From Longimicrobiales bacterium (lineage in GTDB: Bacteria; Gemmatimonadota; Gemmatimonadetes; Longimicrobiales; Gaopeijiaceae), in contig OZ250165.1 of assembly GCA_965238005.1 (NCBI GenBank), positions 3,040,001-3,104,000 of the forward strand: a stretch of 64,000 nucleotides of DNA, given 5' to 3'. The first letter of the stretch is position 1. Every line of letters starts with the position of its first letter. Positions 20,110 to 29,721 of this stretch are shown in pieces. The notes beneath the pieces are model-generated. The model saw only the letters and a program-made list of their open reading frames with translations, had not been told where the DNA came from and did not search any database. A program made the position numbers and the translations under genes.

Positions 20110-20724
20110 ATGCGTAGATGGCCGCTGGGCGAGTCGTTCGCTCCCCTGACCCGGGTCTCGCCCCTTCTAGTGGCTGTCACGCTTTCTTTCGCCTCGCCGC
20201 TGTGGCAGCCGGAGCCGGCCTCGGCCAGCGTGCCTGATCCCGTGGTCGGCATCTGTGCAGCAACCCCGGCCCTGGCGGCTGCCGCCGACTACTACGACAT
20301 CCGCATGGCGCCCACGAGGAGAGCACCAGGCGCCGTCGGCTACGTGACGAAGACATTTGCCCAGTCACCGTTCGGCATCGCCGTGTCCGTGGACGGGCGC
20401 TACATCTACGACGTTCGCCTCGCCGTAGAGGGACTCAGGGGACCGCCCAACGTGGAGTACACCGTGTGGGTGGCTCCGCCGAACCTGAGCCCGATCGTGA
20501 GGTTGGGTGTGCTGGACGAGCAGTTCGAGCTTTCAGGACAGGTGGACTTCAACAAGTTCATCATGTTCGTCACCGCCGAGCAGCCGGGCTCCTGGGACCC
20601 CGACAATGGCGGCAAGAAGACGGGGAACGCGTGGGCGGGACCGATCCTCATGCAGGGGATCTCCAGGAGCGGCATGATGCACTCTGCCGCTGGGCACGGC
20701 CCCTTCGAAGTAGAGAACTGCTGA
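20110..20724 (+). CDS. Hypothetical exported protein with C-terminal MMH..GH..C motif
   Basis: Signal-like N-terminus; coherent coding ORF ending SRSGMMHSAAGHGPFEVENC; precedes the multicopper oxidase. Confidence 0.7.
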   Translation: MRRWPLGESFAPLTRVSPLLVAVTLSFASPLWQPEPASASVPDPVVGICAATPALAAAADYYDIRMAPTRRAPGAVGYVTKTFAQSPFGIAVSVDGRYIYDVRLAVEGLRGPPNVEYTVWVAPPNLSPIVRLGVLDEQFELSGQVDFNKFIMFVTAEQPGSWDPDNGGKKTGNAWAGPILMQGISRSGMMHSAAGHGPFEVENC

Positions 20725-20983
20725 GGCCGGCCGCTCTGGTAGAGCATTTTGCGGCATCCGCGTAACCTGTCCCCGCCTCGCGGCTGTGGCGCTGCTCGTC
20801 ATCACCTGCAGTTCACGGACCGCCGACGCCCAGTCACCGCCTCCCGACGGGAAGATCGAGCGGGGGAGTCCCAACGTCGAGCTGATATCGCACGTCCCCC
20901 TTGGCAAAGCCTTCAGTGTGGCGAGGTCCGGTGGGCAGTGAGAGATCTTCAGGGACGGCCGGAGAGAACCTAGGGGAGAGTGG

Positions 20984-22762
20984 ATGTCCAGGTTTCCAAT
21001 CGACCGGCGACTCAGGGTGACCACCCGGGTCGCGCTCCTCGGACTGGTGTGGACGACTGTTTGCCTGACGGTCCTACCGCGATCGGTCGAAGCCCACGAT
21101 CCCAGCACGCCCATGAACATGCCCGGCACGCCGCAGGACACGGGCAATATGGATCCCAACGCCTGGCGCATGCCTCCCATGGAAGGCATGGACATGTCCA
21201 TGATGGCGTACCTGCAGGGCAATGTCCCCACCACCTCGCCCTTCTTGCCCGGCGCGGACCTCGACGACATGCAGCGCAGCATGCTGCCGGAGGCCACCTA
21301 CCGGGAGGTGATCGAGCTGGCGGACGGCGACGTGCTCAATCTCCAGGCCGGGCTGGTGCGGCGCTCGATCGGCGGCCGGGAGTTCGTCATGTACGCCTTC
21401 AACGGCCAATATCCCGGTCCCGTTCTCAAGGTCCAGCAACACTCCACGATCACCGTCAACTTCACCAACGACATCGAGTTCCCCACCACGCTCAGGTGGC
21501 ACGGCGTGCGCGTGGACAATCAGTACGACGGGGTGCCGGGGCTCACGCAGCGCCCCGTACGGCCCGGCGATACCTTCGAGTACAAGGTCCGCTTCCCGGA
21601 TGCCGGAACGTTCTGGTACCACCCGCACCAACGCGAGGAGATCGCCCAGGATCTCGGCCTGTACGGCAACATCATCGTCGAGTCTCCCGAAGCTGACTAC
21701 TACAGCCCCGTGAACCATGAGGTCGTCCTGATGCTGGACGACATCCTCATGGACGACCTGGGATTCCTGCCGTGGGGATACGAGGCTCCCACCCATGTTC
21801 TCATGGGTCGTTTCGGGAACTTCATGCTGGTGGACGGTGAATCGAGCCACGAGCTCGCGGTGAAGAGAGGGGACGTGGTGCGATACCATCTCACCAACGC
21901 CTCCAACACCCGAATGTTCAACGTGTCGTGGGACGGTGCTCCCATCAAGCTCGTTGCCGGAGACCTCAGCCGGTTCGAGAAGGAGGTCATGGTCGGGAGC
22001 GTGGTGATCGCTCCGGGCCAGCGCTACGTGGTGGAGGTGAAGTTCGACGAGCCGGGCGAGTCCGCCATGACCACCCGGATCCAGGCTATCAATCACTTCC
22101 TGGGGCAGTTCTACCCCGCCGTCGACACCTTGGGAACGGTGTCGGTTGCCGACGAGGAGACGGACGCGGACTACTCGGCGAGCTTCGCGCAGTTGAGGGA
22201 ACACGCGGACGTCCAAGCGGACATCGACGGGGTGCGACAACACTTCGATCGGGAGGTGGACCACGCGCTGGAGCTGACGCTGAACGCCCGCGGACTGCTC
22301 ACCCCGATCAGGCAGGTGATGGCCATCGACACCTTCTACGTTCCGCCGGTGGAGTGGAACGAGACCATGCCCATGATGAACTGGCTGGCCACGGGCCAGG
22401 AGGTGACGTGGATCCTCTCCGATGTGGCGACCATGTCGCCCGATCGCGAGCTGGGTCCCGCGAGAGGCTGGCGGTTCAAACAGGGCGACGTGGTGAAGCT
22501 CCGGCTGTTCAACAATCCCAAGTCGCTCCACCCCATGAACCACCCCATGCACCTCCACGGCCAGCGCTTCCTGGTCCTGGAGCAGGACGGGGTGCGGATG
22601 AACAACCTGGTGTGGAGGGATACCGTCATCGTCCCGGTGGGCGCGACCATCGATCTCCTGGTGGAGATGTCCAACCCGGGGAGCTGGATGCTCAACTGCC
22701 AGATTCCCGAGCACGTGGGGTCCGGTATGTCCATCTCCTTCAGGGTGGATCCGGGCCCCTAG
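20984..22762 (+). CDS. Three-domain multicopper oxidase-like protein with altered copper ligands
   Basis: FNGQYPGP, DGVPGLTQ, FWYHPH, HPMHLHG; but RWHG replaces HWHG and NCQ replaces HCH; Met-rich N-terminus. Confidence 0.92.
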   Translation: MSRFPIDRRLRVTTRVALLGLVWTTVCLTVLPRSVEAHDPSTPMNMPGTPQDTGNMDPNAWRMPPMEGMDMSMMAYLQGNVPTTSPFLPGADLDDMQRSMLPEATYREVIELADGDVLNLQAGLVRRSIGGREFVMYAFNGQYPGPVLKVQQHSTITVNFTNDIEFPTTLRWHGVRVDNQYDGVPGLTQRPVRPGDTFEYKVRFPDAGTFWYHPHQREEIAQDLGLYGNIIVESPEADYYSPVNHEVVLMLDDILMDDLGFLPWGYEAPTHVLMGRFGNFMLVDGESSHELAVKRGDVVRYHLTNASNTRMFNVSWDGAPIKLVAGDLSRFEKEVMVGSVVIAPGQRYVVEVKFDEPGESAMTTRIQAINHFLGQFYPAVDTLGTVSVADEETDADYSASFAQLREHADVQADIDGVRQHFDREVDHALELTLNARGLLTPIRQVMAIDTFYVPPVEWNETMPMMNWLATGQEVTWILSDVATMSPDRELGPARGWRFKQGDVVKLRLFNNPKSLHPMNHPMHLHGQRFLVLEQDGVRMNNLVWRDTVIVPVGATIDLLVEMSNPGSWMLNCQIPEHVGSGMSISFRVDPGP

Positions 22763-22799
22763 GCCGTCGCAGCTCCGGCGGGCGTCCGCTCTCCTCGCT

Positions 22800-23978
22800 T
22801 CACCGAACCATGATCGTGCCCATCATGGCGGCTCCTTCGTGTGGGATGCAGACGTAGCGGTACTCCCCCGGCTCCGTGAACGTCCAGGTGAAGCTCTCCC
22901 CCGGGGCGATGTCTCCGGAGTCGAAGATGTCGGCGCCGGAGGGAAGTTGAACGTTGGCCGCCAGCATGGCCATGGACGGGTCGGCGGTGACCGTGTGGAT
23001 CAGGGCCGACGTATTGCGCCAGCGCACGGCCTGACCCGCCGAGATGGTGACGGCGGTCGGCTCGTACCTGAGCTGGTTGCTCAAGGTGACCTCGGCCGCC
23101 ACCTCTCCGCTGGGACCCTGTTGTGCGCTTCCCTGGCGGCCGCCGAAGTAGCGCGACAGGGTGAACGGAATCGTGAACTCGAAGCCGTAGCGGGTCTGGC
23201 CGTCACCGCCCTCTTCGAGGTCTCCGAAGGACGAGCCCTGGAGGCTGGCGGTCCGGGCGTTTGTGACCTGAAGGGAGAACGTGTGGGGCGTGTAGGGCAC
23301 CGCCAACTGGAGGGCGGCGCTCCACGCCACATCCAGCTCTCCGTCGGGAACGTCAGCGCCCGCCCCGTCCGGTCCGACGGTACGGTCGGTGAGGGCCACC
23401 ACGTCTCCCGCCAGGGCCACGTTGTCGGAGATACGGATCGTCGCCCCTCCGCCGATGGCCCACTTCGATTCGTCGAGCCCATCGTCGAAGACGTCCGACA
23501 GGAAGCGCCCGACGGCTATGAGCTTCACCGGGCCTGCCGGGACGGACACCGAGACCTCGGCGTCGCCGCTGCCTGCCGCCTCGTTATAGGCTCCAGTGAA
23601 GGAGAGGTCGATGGGGTGGCCGGCGGCCGTGGACACCGGGGTCCGGCGAGCGAAGAGCTCGGTCTCGTTGTACTCTGTCCCGTCCACGAACGAGCTGGTC
23701 GCGTAGTCGACTCCCAGGAGCGTGCGGCCGGGCAGGGGAAGGGCCAAAAAGAACGTCGGTGAGTTGATGATCTTGTTCTCATCTCCCACGTCCACCTTCC
23801 AGAAGCGGTGGACGAAGTTGAAGTAGACGGTGCCCTCGGTGCCGGTCCAGCCGGCGGCGAGGTTCGGGGTCCGCTCCAGCACCGACTGGCCCTGGACAGG
23901 CCGGGCTGAGGCGAAGATGCCACCGGCGGCTACGGCCAAGAGCATCATGGCGGGGGCTACCTGACGAAGTTCGCGCAT
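22800..23978 (-). CDS. Probable outer-membrane beta-barrel (DUF5777-like) fused to a C-terminal plastocyanin/azurin cupredoxin
   Basis: Signal peptide; FNFVHRF..HTFSLQVTN..GFEFT amphipathic strands; C-terminal HTVT...YVCIPHEGAAMMG type-1 Cu ligands. Confidence 0.8.
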   Translation of the reverse strand: MRELRQVAPAMMLLAVAAGGIFASARPVQGQSVLERTPNLAAGWTGTEGTVYFNFVHRFWKVDVGDENKIINSPTFFLALPLPGRTLLGVDYATSSFVDGTEYNETELFARRTPVSTAAGHPIDLSFTGAYNEAAGSGDAEVSVSVPAGPVKLIAVGRFLSDVFDDGLDESKWAIGGGATIRISDNVALAGDVVALTDRTVGPDGAGADVPDGELDVAWSAALQLAVPYTPHTFSLQVTNARTASLQGSSFGDLEEGGDGQTRYGFEFTIPFTLSRYFGGRQGSAQQGPSGEVAAEVTLSNQLRYEPTAVTISAGQAVRWRNTSALIHTVTADPSMAMLAANVQLPSGADIFDSGDIAPGESFTWTFTEPGEYRYVCIPHEGAAMMGTIMVR

Positions 23979-24107
23979 GGGCCTTTCTCCTGCTTCGGGT
24001 GAGCTCCAAAGGGGTCCGCCGGACAAATGTGAGCGAAGCCAACCATAATAACGGTATCCCCGAGGGGCGACGCAACGTAGTTCGCTCTTGCGTTGCCGAC
24101 CATTGAG

Positions 24108-24342
24108 GCATGATCTGAACGCCAACTTCCACTTCTACGTCTGTGTCATCGATGGCGTGTTCTGCGAGGATCCCGAGGGCTCGGTCGAGTCTACGAGGCC
24201 ACCCCTCTCACGGCCTCCGACGGGGACCAGCTTCAGCACACCGGCGCCACCGCGTGCTCCGTTACTTCCACCGCCACGGTCTGCTCTTTCAAACGCCCCT
24301 GGGTTCGGGTTGCTGGGAGGTCAGCCCGTTCCTTGGCAGAGG
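24108..24342. mobile_element. Degraded IS91/ISCR transposase fragment plus ori-like end
   Basis: LNANFHFYVCVIDGVF (HUH-region-like) and RHRVLRYFHRHGLL on +; GGGGCGTTTGAAA on minus at ~24288-24300. Confidence 0.6.
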
Positions 24343-24805
24343 TGAACTGACGGCCAATATTGAGTGGATTCGTTCCGCCCGAACCGCCGAATGCTGGTGG
24401 GAACCGGGCATGTCGGCGAGCACGGGGCGGTGCGGAAGGTCTGGAGAGGGGGGTTGGTAAAAATGGGCTGGGATGACGTTGAACGAAAAGCTGTGACGGC
24501 TGAGGAGACTCGATGACGGAAGCCGAGTTCGGGACGCCGAAAAGAGCGCCTGCCCAGTTTGCATGGTCGAGAAGATGTTGAAATGACTACCGCGCGTAAG
24601 CTTTTCGGCCTTCTTTCTCCCAGCAAACGTCGCGCATCTACCGCGCTCCTGGGTCTCATGCTGATCGGGATGGTGATGGAAACCCTAGGAATCAGCTTGG
24701 TATTCCCCGCGCTGACGTTGATGACCGAGACCGATCTGGCGGCTCGTTACCCCGCCCTGGCACCCTGGCTGGATAGACTCAGCAATCCCAGCCAGGAGGA
24801 GCTAG

Positions 24806-26406
24806 GAGTCTGCGCCGCAGAACCCTGCGGCGGCTATCTTTGGTGGTAGCGAAGGCATTGGGAAGGCTTGCGGATCACCGAGGGGGGTGAATGGGAACGA
24901 CATTTCGACCGTACGATCCGGAGCAGATGTTGTTGCTGCCTCCGGATCTTCGGGAGTGGGTGTCGGAGGGTCATTTGGCGCACCATGTGAGCGACCTGGT
25001 GGACGCGGTGGAGCTGAGCGCGTTCTACGGGCGGTACCGGGGGGACGGGCGGCGCAACTCGCCGTACGACCCTCGGATGATGGTCAAGGTGCTGATCTAC
25101 GCGTATGCGACGGGCACCTTCTCGTCGCGGAAGATGGCGAGGAAGCTGGAGGAGGATGTCGCGTTTCGGATGCTGGCGGCGGAGAACTTCCCGAAGCACC
25201 GGACGCTGTGCGAGTTCCGCAAGCGCCATCTCGGGGATTTCCGGGCGGTGTTTGTGGAGGTGGTGATGCTCGCGCGGGCCTTGGGGCTGGCGGGGCTTGG
25301 CAGGGTGTCGGTGGACGGGACGAAGGTTCGGGCGAACGCGAACAAGCGCAAGGCGATGAGCTACGGCCGGATGGTGACCGGGGAGCCTCGGCTGGAGGCG
25401 GAGATCCGGGGGCTGTTGGAGAGGGCCGAGGCGGTGGACGAAGCGGAAGACGAGCGCTACGGCGAGGAAGCATGCGGAGACGAGGTGCCGGAGGAGCTCA
25501 AGCGGCGCGAGGACCGGCTGGCGGCGATCCGGGAGGCGAAGGCGCGCCTGGAAGCCGAGCAGAGAGCGGCGGACGACGCACGGGGCCGCAAGCCGGGGCA
25601 GACGCGCAACCCGAAGGGCGGCAGGCCCTACAAGCGGGAGTACGGAGAGCCGGACGAGGCGGCGCAGAGCAACTTCACGGACCCTGAGAGCCGGATCATG
25701 AAGACGAGTTCGGAGGGGTTCCAGCAGTGCTACAACGCACAGACGGTCGTGGAGGGGGAGAACCAGCTGGTGGTCGGGGCCGAGGTGACGGACAACGCGA
25801 GCGACCAGGGCCAGCTGGTGCCCATGGTCGACGCGGTGGCGCAAGCGTACGGCGAGACGCCGGCGCAGGTGCTGGCGGACACGGGCTATTGCAACGAGCG
25901 GGATCTCGAGGAACTGGAAGAGCGAGACATCGACGGGTATGTGGCGCTGGCCCGGGAGGGCAAGGCCGCCCCCACGGTTGACAAGGAGGAATATCCGGCG
26001 AAAGTCCGCATGGCGGAGAAGCTGGCGAGCGAAGATGGCCGCAGACGCTACGCACGGCGAAAGTCGCAGGCCGAGGCGCCCATCGGCTGGATCAAGGAAG
26101 TGATGGGCTTTCGACGATTCAGCTTCCGGGGCCTCGAGAAGGTCCGGGCCGAGTGGACCCTCGTGTGCCTGGCACTCAATGTGAAGCGGCTGCACACCCT
26201 TCAGGCGGCATGACTGCACGAGGGTTCACCCGCATCTGCCGGCGCGAGGGCTCTCGTAGCTCTCTTGCCCCCCCAACGCATCCATTCCGCTCTCCCGATC
26301 CGTCGCAGACACAAGTCCTCAACCTCCCAATCACCCGGATCCGCCTCGCCGCGGACGGCTCGATGACCATTCGGCTCAGTCAGCTGTGCTTCTGCGGCGC
26401 AGACTC
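24806..26406 (+). mobile_element. IS1182-family element, copy 1 (1601 bp)
   Basis: 17-bp terminal IR GAGTCTGCGCCGCAGAA / TTCTGCGGCGCAGACTC; CTAG duplicated at 24802-24805 and 26407-26410. Confidence 0.95.
24891..26213 (+). CDS. IS1182-family DDE transposase
   Basis: FRPYDPEQMLLLPPDL, PYDPRMMVKVLIYAY, SSRKMA, VDGTK, TDPESRIM, ADTGY, YARRK..AEAP. Confidence 0.95.
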   Translation: MGTTFRPYDPEQMLLLPPDLREWVSEGHLAHHVSDLVDAVELSAFYGRYRGDGRRNSPYDPRMMVKVLIYAYATGTFSSRKMARKLEEDVAFRMLAAENFPKHRTLCEFRKRHLGDFRAVFVEVVMLARALGLAGLGRVSVDGTKVRANANKRKAMSYGRMVTGEPRLEAEIRGLLERAEAVDEAEDERYGEEACGDEVPEELKRREDRLAAIREAKARLEAEQRAADDARGRKPGQTRNPKGGRPYKREYGEPDEAAQSNFTDPESRIMKTSSEGFQQCYNAQTVVEGENQLVVGAEVTDNASDQGQLVPMVDAVAQAYGETPAQVLADTGYCNERDLEELEERDIDGYVALAREGKAAPTVDKEEYPAKVRMAEKLASEDGRRRYARRKSQAEAPIGWIKEVMGFRRFSFRGLEKVRAEWTLVCLALNVKRLHTLQAA

Positions 26407-27995
26407 CTAGCCATCTTCGGGATGTTGATGCTGGTTTCAGTGTTTGCCGTCAAGACGCTGTCCCTTGCGATTCTCGCCTGGCGGCAAGCAGCCTTCGTGT
26501 GGGGGCTTCAATCTGATCTTTCCCATCGGCTGTTCGCCGGCTATTTACACCGGCCCTACACGTTTCATATGCAGCGCAATTCAGCGCAGCTGATCCGCAA
26601 CACCATGGGTCAGGTTTCCGAATTCGCAACTGTGCTGCAACAGAGTTTAGTCCTGATGACGGAAGTGTTGGTGGTCCTCGGAATTTCAGCGCTGCTGATC
26701 TCGGTCGAACCTCGTGGTGCATTGGCGGTGATGGGCACTCTCGGGTTCTTCAGTTGGGCATCTTATTATTTGACTCGCCGGCGCCTCCTCCGATGGGGTG
26801 AAGCACACCAGCATCACGAAGGTCTGCGCATACAGCACCTCCAACAGGGCCTGAGCGGCATCAAGGAAGTGAAGCTGTATGCGCGGGAAGACCGTTTTCT
26901 TAGCCAATACCAAGTTCATAATGCCGGTAGCGCGAGGGCCGGGCAGGGGCGGGCGACCCTTCTGGCGTTTCCGCGTCTCTTCTTGGAGTTTATCGCAGTC
27001 GTCGGCCTGGCCGGCCTGGTCCTGGTGATGATCGGACAGGGAAAGTCCCCGGCGGAAGTGGTACCTGCCCTTGCGTTGTTCGCAGCTGCGGCGTTTCGCC
27101 TCATGCCATCCGGGAGCCGCATGATATCTGCGATTCAGAGCATGCGGTTCTTCAGACCTGCGGTTGAGACCCTGTACAGCGAGTTCAGGTTGCTGGATGG
27201 AGCACCAGCCCCAAACAACGGCCATCCCCTACCGTTCAATAGTGCGCTGGAGCTCGACAGGGTCAGCTATAGGTACCCATTGGCAGAAGCTCCCGTCCTG
27301 CGCGACGTGAGTTTTTCCATTGCGCAGGGCACGTCGGTGGGGTTCGTCGGAGAAAGTGGCGCGGGAAAGAGCACTCTGGTGAACCTCATCCTCGGCCTCC
27401 TTTCTCCTGACGTAGGTTCCGTGAGAGCGGACGACGTCGACGTCCAGTCCAATTTGCGGGGATGGCAGCGTCAGATCGGCTACGTTCCGCAGTCCATCTT
27501 CCTGACCGATGATACCCTGCGTCGCAACGTCGCCTTTGGATTGGCCAGTGAAGAAATCGATGAAGTCGCGGTGTGGCAGGCCGTCCGAGCCGCTCAACTG
27601 GAGCGGTTTGTCCTCGACCTACCGTTGGGGCTGGACACCGTGGTCGGCGAGCGAGGCGTTCGGTTATCAGGGGGCCAGCAGCAGCGTATTGGCATTGCTC
27701 GTGCACTCTATCACCAACCGCGCGTGCTGGTTCTGGATGAAGCTACCAGTTCACTGGACACTACCACAGAGCGGGCTGTTATGGCAACCGTGCGGGCCCT
27801 GAAGGGAGAGAAGACGCTCATTATCGTTGCCCATCGCTTCTCGACGGTCGAGCACTGTGACCGGTTGTATCGCTTTGAACAGGGGAGGTTAGTTGAGGAG
27901 GGGCAGGCGGCGATGGTGCTGAGGGGTGCAGCCCAAGGCGGAGGCGAAGAGTGAGGAACGGCATTTTGGCCTCCTCTGAGAATTTACAAGCACGA

Positions 27996-28817
27996 TCATG
28001 GCACCCGTGCCTCCCACAAATCAAACCGTGACGGAGGGCGGCGCCGTTTGAGCCGCGCGACGAGCGGGCGCAACTCATACCAAAGCGGGTAGCGCACTCG
28101 ATGGCGATGCCACGACAAGCCGCCGAAGGCGTTGCGGAGGCGCTGTGGCGTGAGGTATTCGAGAAACGGCAGACCGAGAAGGTCGTCCGCTCGATCACCG
28201 AAGGTTATGGCACCGCTGCGCTGCTTCTCCTCGATCATCGCCTCGCCGGCGCTCGCATTCGCATAAAAGGGTGAGTCCAAGATGGCGATGCGCCCCCCCG
28301 AGGCCACGACTCGGCACGCCTCGCGGATCACGGCGACGAGGTCAAAGGTGTAGTGGAGCGAGGCGTTGAACACCGCAATGTCCACGCTAGCAGCGGCCAG
28401 CGGAATGCCGTCGAACGAAGCAGCCACGCGGCTAAAACGCCTCGGCAGGTGTGAATAGTACGCCTCGCCGGCCGCGAGGCCGTCGATTGCGTCGGTGCGA
28501 ATATCCATCGCGATGGCGCGGTGGCCAGCCCGCACGACCCGGTAGCATAGCCACCCGCTGCCGGCACCCAGGTCGAGTATGGTGACAGGCCGGGAAGCGA
28601 CTTCTTTCGCGCGTTCCTCCAGGATAGTCCGGACAAATCGGTCGAACGTCCGCGCGCGCACGGCCCACTGCTTGGCAAACGGACCAGTAGCAAGGTACGG
28701 GAGCGTCAGCAGTTCGCTGACCTTCTCGATCCCGCGACCTTCGGACGCGCGATGCTCGCCGTACGCCGTTCGGAACCGTCGCAGCCGAGCGGACAGGTTT
28801 GAAACCTCGTTACTCAT
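27996..28817 (-). CDS. Class I SAM-dependent methyltransferase
   Basis: ILDLGAGSGW, FDGIPLAAASVDIAVFNASLHY, GGRIAILDSPFY; overlaps upstream MTase. Confidence 0.9.
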   Translation of the reverse strand: MSNEVSNLSARLRRFRTAYGEHRASEGRGIEKVSELLTLPYLATGPFAKQWAVRARTFDRFVRTILEERAKEVASRPVTILDLGAGSGWLCYRVVRAGHRAIAMDIRTDAIDGLAAGEAYYSHLPRRFSRVAASFDGIPLAAASVDIAVFNASLHYTFDLVAVIREACRVVASGGRIAILDSPFYANASAGEAMIEEKQRSGAITFGDRADDLLGLPFLEYLTPQRLRNAFGGLSWHRHRVRYPLWYELRPLVARLKRRRPPSRFDLWEARVP

Positions 28818-29679
28818 TGCGGCGCTCGTCACTCTCAACGGGCGCGCTCGTGCGGATGAAGTGCAGCAAGATATGATCGCCAAAGAACGCGAGGGGCGCG
28901 CTGGCGAGGCGGTCCAACGTCTCGAGGGCAGCAAGCAGCCGGGGGTAGGAGGAAATAGTGGGTTCCGCGGTGCTCGGCGGGACAAAGACCCCAATCCCAC
29001 GGGTGCGGACCAGGCGGAAGCAGGGGACGAAGGTCCTTCGGAAATCGCCGAGCGAAGGATATCTCACGGTAAACTTGCGCCCACCGAGCCGTGCCGGGAC
29101 GTCGCCACGGGCAAACCGCCGAAACGCGACGCGACGATTCCCTTGCGCGAGCTGGATCAGGATCTCGCCCACCGCCCAGCGCCCGAAAACCACCAGAAGC
29201 ACCGACGCCCCGGGCTGGAGGAGTGGGGCCAGCCCGCGTGCCACCAGCGCGGGGTTTGGCACACAGTTGAGCGCGGCGAAGTTAGAGTACGCGCCGTCAA
29301 ACGGCGTCCCGCTCCATCGTCTCCCAACCTCGGCGAGCTGCTCTAATACGAGTTCGCGGGTCTCGATCCTGTGTCGCCAGCCCGCCGCGTGAACCTTCTC
29401 CGCGGCGCGAGCCACCATTGCCGGGGAGCCGTCGGTCAGCACCACGTTTCGCCCTCGTGCAGCCAAGAACAACGCGTCGTCACCGGTTCCGCCGCCGAGT
29501 TCCAACAAACGACTGCCCGCGGGGAAAGTTCGAAGCAGTTGACGGCGTACGGCACGCCGTTGAGCCGCAACGCTCCGCCATGCACCGAAGCGATCATCAA
29601 ACTCGTGAGCGCATGCGTCGAAGGCGTGAATGGCCGGGGATCGGCCCGATGCCTGCGCCGGTGCGAAGATGGTCGGCAT
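28810..29679 (-). CDS. Class I SAM-dependent methyltransferase
   Basis: AFD..A..FDD, LLELGGGTGDDA, TDGSPAMV, FDGAYSNFAALNC. Confidence 0.9.
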   Translation of the reverse strand: MPTIFAPAQASGRSPAIHAFDACAHEFDDRFGAWRSVAAQRRAVRRQLLRTFPAGSRLLELGGGTGDDALFLAARGRNVVLTDGSPAMVARAAEKVHAAGWRHRIETRELVLEQLAEVGRRWSGTPFDGAYSNFAALNCVPNPALVARGLAPLLQPGASVLLVVFGRWAVGEILIQLAQGNRRVAFRRFARGDVPARLGGRKFTVRYPSLGDFRRTFVPCFRLVRTRGIGVFVPPSTAEPTISSYPRLLAALETLDRLASAPLAFFGDHILLHFIRTSAPVESDERRNE

Positions 29680-29721
29680 GTCAGCCCCGCCCGTCGTCCG
29701 CTCCGGCGGACTGGCGGCTAG

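Larger units (their letters stand above)
24583..27954 (+). pseudogene. ABC exporter (permease + ATPase; HepA/PglK-like glycan-locus type) interrupted by IS1182
   Basis: N-term MTTARKLF..SQEEL (24583-24804) joins in frame to AIFGMLML.. after removing the IS and one CTAG (588 aa); GESGAGKS, LSGGQQQR, LVLDEATS motifs. Confidence 0.92.
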
